From positions 147,887-211,886 of the forward strand of contig JAJPKP010000070.1 of the NCBI GenBank assembly GCA_021323675.1: 64,000 nt of DNA, read 5' to 3'. This document shows, one piece after another, positions 1 through 10,500 of this stretch. The stretch's first letter is position 1. The number at the start of each line of letters is the position of its first letter. The notes beneath the pieces are model-generated. The model did not search any database, was not told the origin of the DNA, and worked only from the letters and a program-made list of their open reading frames with translations. A program made the position numbers and the translations under genes. The DNA is from Pseudomonadota bacterium (GTDB lineage: Bacteria > Desulfobacterota > Binatia > Binatales > Binataceae).

Positions 1-354
1 GTCGCGGGGCTGAAGCTCAATCTCGACGGATGTCCTCACGCGTGCGCGCAGCACTGGACCGGCGATATCGGGTTGCAGGGCACTACCGGCCGTGGAGCGA
101 GCGGCGAACCGCTCGAAGCGTTCGATATCATCCTGCGCGGCGGGCTGGGCCGCGATGCCGCTATCGGCAAGCCGCTTTTGCGCCGCGTCGCGTCCGAACG
201 GGTGGAAGATTACGTTTCGCGGCTGTTCCGAGGATATCTCGCCCGGCGCGAGAGCGGAGAATCGTTCACGCGCTTCTGCATGCGGATGCCGGACCAGGAA
301 TTGATCGCGATCGCGGAAGGAACCATGTCAGTCGGCTCGGAAGCCGCTGCTTAA
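1..354 (+). CDS. Ferredoxin-type sulfite (or nitrite) reductase, C-terminal fragment; the 5' end lies outside the window
   Basis: Frame 1 is open from position 1 and translates to VAGLKLNLDGCPHACAQHWTGDIGLQG..., which is the Cys-x-x-x-Cys siroheme/4Fe-4S motif of sulfite and nitrite reductases. The C-terminal tail matches Mycobacterium-type SirA. The stop is at 352-354, and cysH follows immediately. Confidence 0.7.
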   Translation, partial: VAGLKLNLDGCPHACAQHWTGDIGLQGTTGRGASGEPLEAFDIILRGGLGRDAAIGKPLLRRVASERVEDYVSRLFRGYLARRESGESFTRFCMRMPDQELIAIAEGTMSVGSEAAA

Positions 355-411
355 ATTTCGAAAGCGTACACAGCCGTGGAACAGGTATCGGAATTCCCCA
401 AGCCAAGCATC

Positions 412-1197
412 ATGATGGATGAGCTGGAAGCCGGCGAAGCGGCAATCGAGCTTGATGACAAAGAGCCCCAGGACGTCCTGGCGTGGGCGATCGAGCGCTT
501 CGGCCGCGAGCTCGCAATTTGTTCCAGCTTCCAGGCCGAAGGCTGTGTGCTCATCGACATGGCCCATCGGATCGATCCCAACGTCCGCGTGTTTACAATC
601 GACACGGGGCGGACCCCGCAGGAAACCTACGACCTCATCGATACCATCCGCACCCGCTACGGCATTCGCGTCGAAACGTTCATGCCCGATACGGAAGTCG
701 TGCAGAAGATGGTCACGCGTCACGGCAACAATCTTTTCTATCAGGATGTGAACCTGCGGCTGCTGTGCTGCCAGTTGCGCAAGGTGCTGCCGCTCCGTCG
801 CGCGCTCATGAATTACAGCGCATGGGTAACGGGGCTTCGGCGCGATCAGTGGGCGACGCGTTCCAATATCCGGAAGATCGAAATTGACCACGACCACGGC
901 GGAATCGTGAAGTTCGCGCCTCTGGCGGATTGGACCGAAGACGAGGTCTGGGATTACATCCGCGCCAACGACGTTCCCTATAACGCCCTCTACGACAAGG
1001 GCTACAAGTCGATTGGATGCGCTCCGTGCACGCGCGCCGTTGGCGAAGGCCAGGACCCCCGCTCCGGCCGGTGGTGGTGGGAAACCGGTGCGCCGAAGGA
1101 ATGCGGGATGCACTGCGCGATCGAAACCGGCGGCTTCGAGCATGAACTTGCCGCCTTGCTCGGCGGCCACGGCGCGAACGGCAACGGCAAACACTAA
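412..1197 (+). CDS. cysH: Adenylyl-sulfate (APS/PAPS) reductase, thioredoxin-dependent, of the Fe-S cluster type
   Basis: The ORF 376..1197 carries the PAPS-reductase fold. It has the diagnostic Cys pairs LLCCQLRKVLPL and SIGCAPCT of 4Fe-4S APS reductases, and the C-terminal catalytic KECGMH motif. The ATG at 412 (MMDELEAG...) is preferred over the GTG at 376. Confidence 0.9.
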   Translation: MMDELEAGEAAIELDDKEPQDVLAWAIERFGRELAICSSFQAEGCVLIDMAHRIDPNVRVFTIDTGRTPQETYDLIDTIRTRYGIRVETFMPDTEVVQKMVTRHGNNLFYQDVNLRLLCCQLRKVLPLRRALMNYSAWVTGLRRDQWATRSNIRKIEIDHDHGGIVKFAPLADWTEDEVWDYIRANDVPYNALYDKGYKSIGCAPCTRAVGEGQDPRSGRWWWETGAPKECGMHCAIETGGFEHELAALLGGHGANGNGKH

Positions 1198-1251
1198 TCC
1201 CGGCCATCTCCGGGCGGGAGTTGGCTATCGGGTCTCAAGGCAGCCAGCCAG

Positions 1252-1731
1252 ATGACGGCAGACGATTCCCAGCCCCTCAAGCTCGATGCGCTTCAGCGCG
1301 ATCTCCTGATCCCGCAAATCCAGGCTTTTGTTGATGCCACCTCGGATGCGGCTGCGCGTGAAGGCTACCAGGCGCTCAAGTCCGACGTGGAGGCGATGGC
1401 TGTCGCTCCCGAGAATCAGCAGCGTCTTGGTGTCATCCTCGAAGTAGCCCTGCAGAGTGGGCGAATCCGCCGGCTCTTCGGTCCCGGCGCGGAACTCTCG
1501 CTCAATGCCCTTTTCCAGAAGACTCCGCGAGGCCGCGAGATAGCGCAGTCGTTGCAGGAGTTGAATACCGCCCTTGCCAGACTCAAGGGCGGCACGGTCG
1601 AGGAGATGACCGCGGCGCTCCGCGCGCCGGGATCGTGGGGACTTACGGTCAAGACGAGCGGGTTCCACCTGGTCATTCGCTTCGGGCATGACGGAGTACG
1701 CGTCGAGTCGCTCGAAGTAGCACTGGCCTGA
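1252..1731 (+). CDS. Hypothetical protein of 159 aa
   Basis: This is a clean ORF with an ATG start that lies between cysH and the mscS-like gene and is on the same strand. I recognise no domain. No Cys or His cluster is present. Confidence 0.5.
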   Translation: MTADDSQPLKLDALQRDLLIPQIQAFVDATSDAAAREGYQALKSDVEAMAVAPENQQRLGVILEVALQSGRIRRLFGPGAELSLNALFQKTPRGREIAQSLQELNTALARLKGGTVEEMTAALRAPGSWGLTVKTSGFHLVIRFGHDGVRVESLEVALA

Positions 1732-1865
1732 TTCCTTCCGGGCGCTTTTCAGCCGCCTCGCCGTTCCGTTGGGGCATGAAAGTCTGATCGAACCGCCTCA
1801 CGCAGCGTGATAAGGTGCTTTCTTGTGCGGTTCAGCTCAATGCCGCCAATCTTCGGCCTTCTGTG

Positions 1866-3932
1866 ATGCTCAAAAAGACGGGTTCAAGTGGTTCGCGATG
1901 GGCCGCATTCGCGGCTGCGGTGATTGTAGTTGCCGCGCTTGCTACGGGAGGCCAGGTCGATGCCGCAACTGCGTCTCCTGCCGCATCCGCCGCTCCGCAA
2001 AGCATGGCGACGGCAAGCCCATCCGCCGCCGCGAGCGCATTGTCCTCGGGCGCCGCATTCATTGATGACTCGACCATCACCTCTTATTTGAGCGACGTGA
2101 TTTCCTGGTATCGGCATCTGGGCGCCGAAAGCCAGCTTGTCGATCATCCCGAGGAGGTAATCTTCTACGCCACCGACCAGCAAATCGCCAACGAGGTGTT
2201 GAATTTGGCGTTCGAGGCGGCTCGCCGCCAGGTGGCGCTTAACGCGAAGATAAATCCGTCGGCTGCAGAGCAGGAAGCGAATCGCACGCCGCTGCTTCGC
2301 GACATGGAGGCGAGGGCGGCGGAGGCGGAGGCGGGGCTCGGGCGTTCGCAGAACCGCCTCAAGGAGTTGCAGGCGAAGCTTAACGCGGCGCCACGGAGCC
2401 AACGCGCGTCAATCTCGGCGCAAATCGCCGCGGCTCAAGGCGAAGCGGAATTGGCGCAGGGACGCCTGGATGCGATTAAATCGCTGCTCCAGTACGCGAA
2501 TGGACTCGCGGCGGCGGACCACAAGTCCACCGGGGTTCTCGCGCAGATCGATCAGCTCCAGCAGACGATTTCCGACAGTGAAAAGACCGTGAAGCCGGCC
2601 ACCCTGGCGGAAAACGCGGCCAAAAGACCGTTGCAGGAGTCTCGCGGCATCATCGGACTTGCCTCCGCGTATTTTTCATTGAGCGGAGACTCGCGCACGT
2701 TGCACGACTCGAGCCAGCAGATCGACGATCTCACCGGCAAGATTAAGAGATTCAAGGCTCCTGCGCTTGCCCTGCTTAAGGCCATCAATGAGCGCGGCGC
2801 AAAGCTGGCAAGCGAGACCGCAACCGGCGACACGACCGCAATCAAGGACCGCGCCCGCGAATATCAGCAGCTAATCGAATTGCACGAACTCGCATCCGGT
2901 GTGGTGGCTCCGCTGAGCAAACAGGAAGTCCAGCTTTCGCTATATCGCGAAAGCCTCGCCCGCTGGCAGGCCTCGATAGATCGATATTCCTCGCGCGTGC
3001 TGAGGAGCCTTGGCGTTCGCTTGATGACGCTGTTCGGGCTGCTGGCGCTGGTGATCGCCGGAAACTACGTGTGGCGGAAGCTCAGCGATCGGTACATCAG
3101 CGATCAGCATCGCCGCCGCCAGCTTCAGCAATTCAGTCAGCCGATACTCTGGGCGCTGATTGCGTTTGTCGTAATCATCAACTTTGCGACAGAACTCGGT
3201 TCAATCGCCACGATCATAGGCTTCGGCGCGGCGGGCGTCGCGCTGGCGCTGCAGAACGTGATCCTCTCTGTGGCGGGTTACTTCTTCCTGATCGGCAAGT
3301 TCGGAATTCACGCGGGCGATCGCGTTCAGATCGGCAGCACCATCGGCGACGTTATCAGCATCGGCCTGGTCAAACTCACCCTGATGGAACTGAACCCGCA
3401 GGACCGCCAGCCGACCGGACGAGTGGTCGTCTATTCCAATGCGGTGGTATTTCAGCCCAACGGCAATTTCTTCAAGCAGGCTCCCGGGATGGGCTTTATC
3501 TGGAATGAGGTCCGCCTGACCCTGGCGCCCGATTGCGACTACCGCTTGGCCGAAAAGCGGGTTATCGACGCGGTTGATGAGGTGTTCGCCCGTTACCGAG
3601 ATCGCGTGCAGCGCGATTTTCGCTACCTGGAGGCTGACCTGCACGTGCTTCTCGAAACCCCGCGCCCCCAGTCGCGCCTCCAACTCACTTCGTCAGGGCT
3701 CGACATGATTATCCGCTATCCGGCCGATGTGCGCGCGGCAACCCAGATCGCCGACGAGGTCTCAAGGAGGGTGCTCGATGCGATCAGGCGGGAACCCGCG
3801 CTCAAGCTGGTCGCCCCCGCGCCGGCCAACATCCAGCCAATCGAACCTCCGGTCGAGGAAGATGGAACGGCGGCCGACGATAAACCGGCGATCGCGCCCA
3901 ACGGCGGCAAGCGCGTTCCCGGCAAATCCTGA
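1866..3932 (+). CDS. Mechanosensitive ion channel (MscS/MscK-like) with an N-terminal signal peptide and a periplasmic coiled-coil domain of about 400 aa
   Basis: The signal-like N-terminus is MLKKTGSSGSRWAAFAAAVIVVAALA. It is followed by a long Ala/Gln/Leu-rich coiled-coil region. The C-terminal MscS core has three TM helices plus the beta domain: ...ILSVAGYFFLIGKFGIHAGDRVQIGSTIGDVISIGLVKLTLMEL.... The track ORF begins at the GTG at 1815, and the in-frame ATG at 1866 is preferred. Confidence 0.8.
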   Translation: MLKKTGSSGSRWAAFAAAVIVVAALATGGQVDAATASPAASAAPQSMATASPSAAASALSSGAAFIDDSTITSYLSDVISWYRHLGAESQLVDHPEEVIFYATDQQIANEVLNLAFEAARRQVALNAKINPSAAEQEANRTPLLRDMEARAAEAEAGLGRSQNRLKELQAKLNAAPRSQRASISAQIAAAQGEAELAQGRLDAIKSLLQYANGLAAADHKSTGVLAQIDQLQQTISDSEKTVKPATLAENAAKRPLQESRGIIGLASAYFSLSGDSRTLHDSSQQIDDLTGKIKRFKAPALALLKAINERGAKLASETATGDTTAIKDRAREYQQLIELHELASGVVAPLSKQEVQLSLYRESLARWQASIDRYSSRVLRSLGVRLMTLFGLLALVIAGNYVWRKLSDRYISDQHRRRQLQQFSQPILWALIAFVVIINFATELGSIATIIGFGAAGVALALQNVILSVAGYFFLIGKFGIHAGDRVQIGSTIGDVISIGLVKLTLMELNPQDRQPTGRVVVYSNAVVFQPNGNFFKQAPGMGFIWNEVRLTLAPDCDYRLAEKRVIDAVDEVFARYRDRVQRDFRYLEADLHVLLETPRPQSRLQLTSSGLDMIIRYPADVRAATQIADEVSRRVLDAIRREPALKLVAPAPANIQPIEPPVEEDGTAADDKPAIAPNGGKRVPGKS

Positions 3933-3954
3933 TCGGCCGCGAAGCGATGCAGTT

Positions 3955-4323
3955 TCAGTGCGCGGCGGACTGTCCCGCGATGTTGTCGACGATGTCAGCG
4001 AGTTCGGGAATCCGATAGCGCTCGCCCGTGTAAGCTTTGTAAATCAGGAGCAGCCAGAAGATCGCGAGGGCGAGGTTCACCAGAACCTGGATACCGCTCA
4101 GGAGGCCTTTCAGCGGGCCCGGCAGGATCGCGATAAACACTCCGAAGACGATTTCGATCGCGAACCAGGCGACGGAGAAACCGATGGACTGGCGAGCGTG
4201 AAAGCGGACGAATTCGTCCTGATTGTAGGGCTCGAGGTAAAGGAAGATTATCCCGGTCACGAAAAAGCCGATGTAGGCAAGCGCGGCGATCGGCTTGGTT
4301 TGTTTGCCTGCTTCCCCATTCAT
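3955..4323 (-). CDS. Small integral membrane protein of the DUF4870 type
   Basis: The sequence IAALAYIGFFVTGIIFLYLE...DEFVRFHARQS is typical of DUF4870 (TM2-like) proteins. It has two or three predicted TM helices. The RBS AGGAGG lies 8 nt before the internal ATG (MNGEAGKQ...). The track ORF begins at a TTG at 4353. Confidence 0.6.
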   Translation of the reverse strand: MNGEAGKQTKPIAALAYIGFFVTGIIFLYLEPYNQDEFVRFHARQSIGFSVAWFAIEIVFGVFIAILPGPLKGLLSGIQVLVNLALAIFWLLLIYKAYTGERYRIPELADIVDNIAGQSAAH

Positions 4324-4444
4324 CGCATAGTCCTCCTTCTCACGGCGAAACAATCCTTGTCGCGCGCTTATCTGTAGTCAAATCCCGCCATCGGGCGCAA
4401 TCCGCCCGATGCAGTCCACCGATTGCTATAAGGGACGACCGCGG

Positions 4445-4917
4445 CTACCGGCCGTTCCGTTTCTGTTTTCCGTCGTCTTCGATGCGGCTCAGGGTGGCGG
4501 TCGTCTTGCGCTCCGTCGCCAGAACCTCCAGTTGGGCGCGGACGCAGGCAATGAGTTGGCGGCGAGAGAACGGCTTGCCGAGGAAGTCGGCAACCCCCAG
4601 GCGCATCCCTTCCGCGCGCGCCTCGATGTCGTCACGCGCGGTAATCAGAATGACCGGGATCGCCGCAGTCGCGGGATTTTCCTTTAGCGTGCGGCAGAGC
4701 TCAAATCCGTCCATATCCGGCATCATCAGGTCCAGCAGGATCACATCGATCGCGCCGTCGCGCACAAGGCGAAGACATTCGGAGCCCGAATTGGCGGCGA
4801 CCGGAACGAAACCTTCGCGTTCCAGATGCCGGACCAGGATCAAAGAAGTGTCGGGGTCGTCGTCGACGACCATTATTCGCGCCGACCGGTTCGGATCCAC
4901 GTGCCTTCCGCCCGTCG

Positions 4918-4921
<4 letters not shown>
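4445..4921 (-). CDS. Stand-alone response regulator (CheY-like receiver domain only) with a C-terminal tail of about 40 aa
   Basis: The receiver domain is complete: MVVDDDPD, ILLDLMMPDMDG, ILITA and FLGKPF. It has no output domain. Its ATG overlaps the stop of the upstream sigma-54 activator gene in an ATGA arrangement. Confidence 0.8.
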
Positions 4922-6006
<1,085 letters not shown>

Positions 6007-6053
6007 GCAAGAATCTTCTCACGCGATCCCTTCGGCTAACAAGCCGCTCACGG

Positions 6054-6551
6054 CTAAGGTGTGGTCTCCTTGCGAAAGATCGCGGCCTGCCCGGGTCCTT
6101 CGGCGACCGAGATTTCAATTGCGCTCACGTGATCGGCCGCGCCGCGGGCTTTCAATGCCGAATAAAGTTCGTCCCACAAATAGCGCGCGAGTTCCTCAGC
6201 CGAGCTGTGAACGATGGGAGCCAGAAAAACGTCAGCGGCTGGAAACAGGAATTCATCGTTCTCGTAGATGACCCGGACCTTTCCGGGCGGCAGCCGCTCA
6301 ATTTGAAGACAATCGCTGCGCTCCGGAATAATAGTTCGTTCATCGATTCGATCGACGATCTCTCTGGTCAGCTTCTTGATCAATCCGAAATCGACCACAT
6401 ATCCGGTCCCTGTCAGATCGCCTTCGACGCGCACTCCTACCTGGTAATTGTGGCCGTGAAGCGGCTCGCGGAAGCCGCGATAAGCGATGAAGTGAGCGGC
6501 TGAGAACTTGAGATTCTCCTTGGCGACATGGATGGAAAATTGGGAAGGCAC
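6054..6551 (-). CDS. 6-pyruvoyl-tetrahydropterin synthase family protein (PTPS/QueD-like)
   Basis: FSAAHF...EPLHGHNYQV is the PTPS zinc-binding His triad region. The Cys that is usual upstream of HGH in QueD is absent, which makes it more PTPS-III-like. Confidence 0.7.
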   Translation of the reverse strand: MPSQFSIHVAKENLKFSAAHFIAYRGFREPLHGHNYQVGVRVEGDLTGTGYVVDFGLIKKLTREIVDRIDERTIIPERSDCLQIERLPPGKVRVIYENDEFLFPAADVFLAPIVHSSAEELARYLWDELYSALKARGAADHVSAIEISVAEGPGQAAIFRKETTP

Positions 6552-6562
6552 GTCAGCAATCC

Positions 6563-7474
6563 TTACTCTACGCGCGCCAGTCTGAGAAGCGGGTCGAGAG
6601 AGCGGTCGCGACCGCGCGCTCCGAACCGTTCGCGATAGCGGTCGGCGGCAAGGGAAGTGGCGCCCACGAAATGCTCCGCCTCCTCATGCATCACTTCAGC
6701 GACGCGTTGCGCAAGCTCGGACGCCCACGGCGCGGCGGGATCGAAGCCGGCCATCAGATCCGCCATCGGCAATCCGTGTACTCCGCCCAGAAGGCATTCC
6801 GCGAAATAGCCTATCTGCCCGGCGCGATCGAGGTCGAGCGAGGTGACCTCCAGGGCGGACGCGAAGCTGTGCAAACGGTCGATTCCATGCCGGCGCCTTG
6901 CCGAGATGACGTCAGGGTCTCCACTGCCTTCGTAACCCGACCCAATCGCGATTATCGCCACTCGTCCGTCCTCGAGCGGCATCGGATGAAAAACATAGCC
7001 GGGCGAAGTATAACCGAGCAGGCGCCGGAGCGTCCTGCGATACGCAAGCAGGTTGAAATCGGCTTCACGCGCGAAACCGAGCAAGTATTCTCCCAGCGGC
7101 AACCCGGCGCGGTCGGCCAGATCGACCAGCCGGACGAAGACGTCGGGGTCGTATTCCTCGCGGCGTGCAATCAGCGGCGCCGCGGACCGATCGAATGTCA
7201 GCAAGAGCGCACCGAGCCCGGCGCCATCATGTGCGACGAATCCCGCGCGTGCGGTCATCGGAAGCCGAGCATCGCGAGGTTCGATATCCATGGCAAGGTA
7301 GTTGCCGTGGCTCGACGGCTTGGCCAGTCCCCGGCGGGCGTTGAGAATGAGAGCGGGCTCGGCGTCCAGAGCGACGAGCTTGCTTCGGCCGCCCCGCCGA
7401 GCAGCCAACAGTCCGTAGCCGCTGAGCAGCGATCCGTAGCCGATTACCAGAAGGGTCTGATTTGGTTTCGTCAC
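6563..7474 (-). CDS. Hypothetical protein of 303 aa; first gene of a sigma-54 operon
   Basis: It has a GTG start. The N-terminal LLVIGYGSLLSGYG resembles the GYGSL motif of gamma-glutamyl-cyclotransferase/ChaC-fold proteins. This is a weak inference. The rest of the protein matches nothing I recognise. Confidence 0.5.
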   Translation of the reverse strand: MTKPNQTLLVIGYGSLLSGYGLLAARRGGRSKLVALDAEPALILNARRGLAKPSSHGNYLAMDIEPRDARLPMTARAGFVAHDGAGLGALLLTFDRSAAPLIARREEYDPDVFVRLVDLADRAGLPLGEYLLGFAREADFNLLAYRRTLRRLLGYTSPGYVFHPMPLEDGRVAIIAIGSGYEGSGDPDVISARRRHGIDRLHSFASALEVTSLDLDRAGQIGYFAECLLGGVHGLPMADLMAGFDPAAPWASELAQRVAEVMHEEAEHFVGATSLAADRYRERFGARGRDRSLDPLLRLARVE

Positions 7475-7513
7475 GAAGCTTGCAATTAATTTTCGCAGCG
7501 CCGGCCAGCGCGG

Positions 7514-7528
7514 GCAAGGTGGCTGCCA
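7514..7528 (-). promoter_or_regulatory. Candidate sigma-54 (-24/-12) promoter
   Basis: The minus strand reads TGGCAGCCACCTTGC. This fits TGGCAC-N5-TTGC, with the GG and GC separated by exactly 10 nt. It lies about 40 nt upstream of the GTG start at 7474. The coordinates may be off by 1 or 2 nt. Confidence 0.55.
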
Positions 7529-7559
7529 CTGTCGCGCTTTGCGTTCCCTGCCGATCGCT

Positions 7560-10500
7560 TCAGATCCAGAGGATCACGCCTGACGCCTCCGATCCGGTCG
7601 CTTTCCGGATTCCCTCGACGTAAAGGCGCAGTTGAGCTCGATACTGGTCTAGACGGGACGCGAGATCGCGATCGGTTTTGAAGTCAACAATCGTCCAGCG
7701 CGATCCGCCGGGCGTGGCGCTCTCGAATGCGAGATCGGCAATTCCCTCGACCAGCGTGCTATCGCCGAGTCTGAACAGAATCGGATATTCGCGATGAACC
7801 CGCGAGGACGCGGCGGCGGCGCGCATGATTTTCGAGGCGAGGGCGCGTTCCACGGCGATCGCGGCCGCCTGCGCTTCGGCTTCATCCGCCCCCGTCAGTC
7901 GGGCGACGTGGTCCGCGATGCGGCGAATCTGTTCGTCGGTCGCATCAAAGGGCACGCGCAGAATCGTCTCGTGCACCAGTTGCCCGAAAGCGGCACTGCC
8001 TGGACGGCCGGGTTCATGCTGCGTCTGCTCCAGCCCGATTTCGGCGTCGGCCAGGCCTTCGATCGCCCGGCCGGCATGCGCGAGCGCCGTTGCCGTGTTG
8101 GTTACTATACTCGGCCGGGAGCCGGCGCCAAGAGTGGCGCCGCGCGTTTGGGCCCATTTTTCGTGCAGGTCTTTGCCGCGGGTTGAAGCCGCGCCACTCT
8201 CGTCAGCTTCAAGCAACTTGCTCTGCCGCAGACCCATCGCTTCCTTCACATCGAGGACAAGCCGCGAGGGATCCCACCATGCGACCAGATGCTGGCCCTG
8301 CGCGGGGCGGTGAAGTCCCGGCGCGACTGATTTGGTTCGGCCGGGCGCACGCGAGGGGCGGACGAGCACGCTGTCTTCGCCAAACTCCGGGCATCCGGGT
8401 GGCTGTTTGCTCAGCGGGGATCGCCCGGCGTTGGCCACTGGATACAAAACGGGATTGAGACGGCTTACCCATCCTTCGCGCTGCTCGTCGCCGACTACGG
8501 GCACCACCAGGAGGTCGCGGGCACGCGTCGTCGCGACATAGAGGAGGCGGATTGCTTCCTCTTCATCGCGCCGCCGCTCGGATTCGGCCTGATCGAGCAG
8601 CTCGCGCGGCGAGCATCCCGCCAGCCGAAGCGCGCACAGGTCACGCTCCGGATCGACGTAGCGGCCGGGTTCGCCGACCGTTTCCTTGCAGGTCATGTCG
8701 GCCAGGATAACCACGGGGAATTCGAGTCCCTTGGCGCGATGCACCGTCATGATGCGAACGCCTTCGGTGCCTTCTTCGGCGAGCGGCGTTTCGCTCGCCT
8801 CGTCGCGCTCCGCCCGTTCTTCGAGTTCATCGACGAACCCTCGGAAGGATGTCGCGGTGCTCCGCGTTTCATAGCGGCGCGCCTGGTCCATCAGGCGCAT
8901 GAGGTTGGCAAGCGCCTGATCGCCGGTCGGCCAGATCGCAATTCCCGCATACGCGCGAGTCTGCGCGAGAGCATCGGCGATGGTTTCAGCGATGGGGCGG
9001 CGGTTTCGCCGGCGGTGAAGGTCGCGCAGAATCTCCCGGGCGCGTACGACGGGCGCAAGGCGCTCGGGAAGGTTGTCGGGCAGCGGGCGGAAGAGATTCA
9101 GGCTTTTGCACGCCTCGTGGAACTCAAGCAGCAGGTCGTCCGGCAGTGCAAAGATCGGTCCCCGCAGAGTGGCGAATACCACAAGGTCGTCATCCGGACG
9201 CTCGACCGCGGCGAGCAGATTGCGGACGGCCTCGACTTCCTCGCGCTCGTTGAACGAACCACCCTTCACCAGCACATGTGGCAGATGGCGCGCTTCGAGC
9301 GCGCGCAGGTAGGGGCGAGTCACGTCGCGTCCGTGCGAATTAAGCCGGCGAAACAGTATGCAGATATGGCGGGGACGGATCGGAACGCGGCGATGCGGCG
9401 CTTCGCGTTCGGTCACCGTCCATCCGCTCTCGTTCACCAGCCAGCGCGCATACGCCGCGATCGCATCGGGAAGCGATTCTTCGATTCTCCACTCCGTCAC
9501 CCTGCCGAAGTCGCCGTAGGGCGCGGGCACCGGCAACGCGACCAGCGCGGGCTGCGTTTCGCAATCCTCGCGCGCGGGCAGAAGGGGCGCATAGGCAGGA
9601 TGCGTCGGGCCGTCGGTGCTCATCAGCGGCGCGAAGGCGGCGTTGATCGCCTGCTGCAAAGCGGGCGTCCCTCGGAAGCTCACGGTCAGGTAGTCGAGCC
9701 ATGCGCCGGCCTCTACCAGGCGGCGCTTCACGTCCTGATACAGGGCGACATCGGCGCGCCGAAAGCGATAGATCGATTGCTTGGGATCGCCGACGATTAA
9801 GAGCTTGCCCGGCATCGGCCTCGCTTTTCGCCAGTCGTGTTCCCCCGGATCGTCGGCCGCAAGCAGCATGATGATTTCGGCCTGAAGCGGGTCGGTGTCC
9901 TGGAACTCATCGACAAAGATATGCGTATAACGGCGTTGCAGCTCCGCCCGCACCGTCGCGTGATCCCGCACGAGGTTGCGCGCGATGAGCAGCAGATCGA
10001 GAAAATCCAGCGCTCCGGCCCGCCGCTTGATGCCCTCGTAAATGTCGATGACGGGCCACAGCTCGCGGCGCAGCTCGGGAGCGAGGTTGGCTCCGGCGCA
10101 TTCGCGAAACCGCTCAAGGCGCACGCGCAGCGCCTCCCGGCGCGCGAAGATCTCCTCGCGATCGACACCGCCGATAGCGTCGCCGAACCCTTTCCAGGAC
10201 CATCGCCGGCCGCTCGGCAGCCTGAGCAGCACCGCTTCAAGCGCGTCGTAGTCCCGCCCTCGAACCGGCTCCAGGCGAACCGCCTCCGACACGGGCCGCG
10301 AAATTTCGATCAGGCTTTTGCCGAGCCAGTCATCCGGCGCGGCTTCGCGCGCAAGCGCTCCGAGAGACAGCACCTCCGCGATCAGCGCGTCGATCTCGCG
10401 ATCGCGATCGAATGGTTGGGGATTCCACGGCGTCGTGAAGTCGCGCCATTCCAGGAGCTGGCGCGCGGCGTTGCGGAGGATGGTTCGCGGACCCTCGCGA

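Noticed and set aside
328-1194. A 288-aa minus-strand ORF covering cysH
   Set aside because: It is antisense to a confidently identified cysH, and cysH carries all the catalytic motifs.
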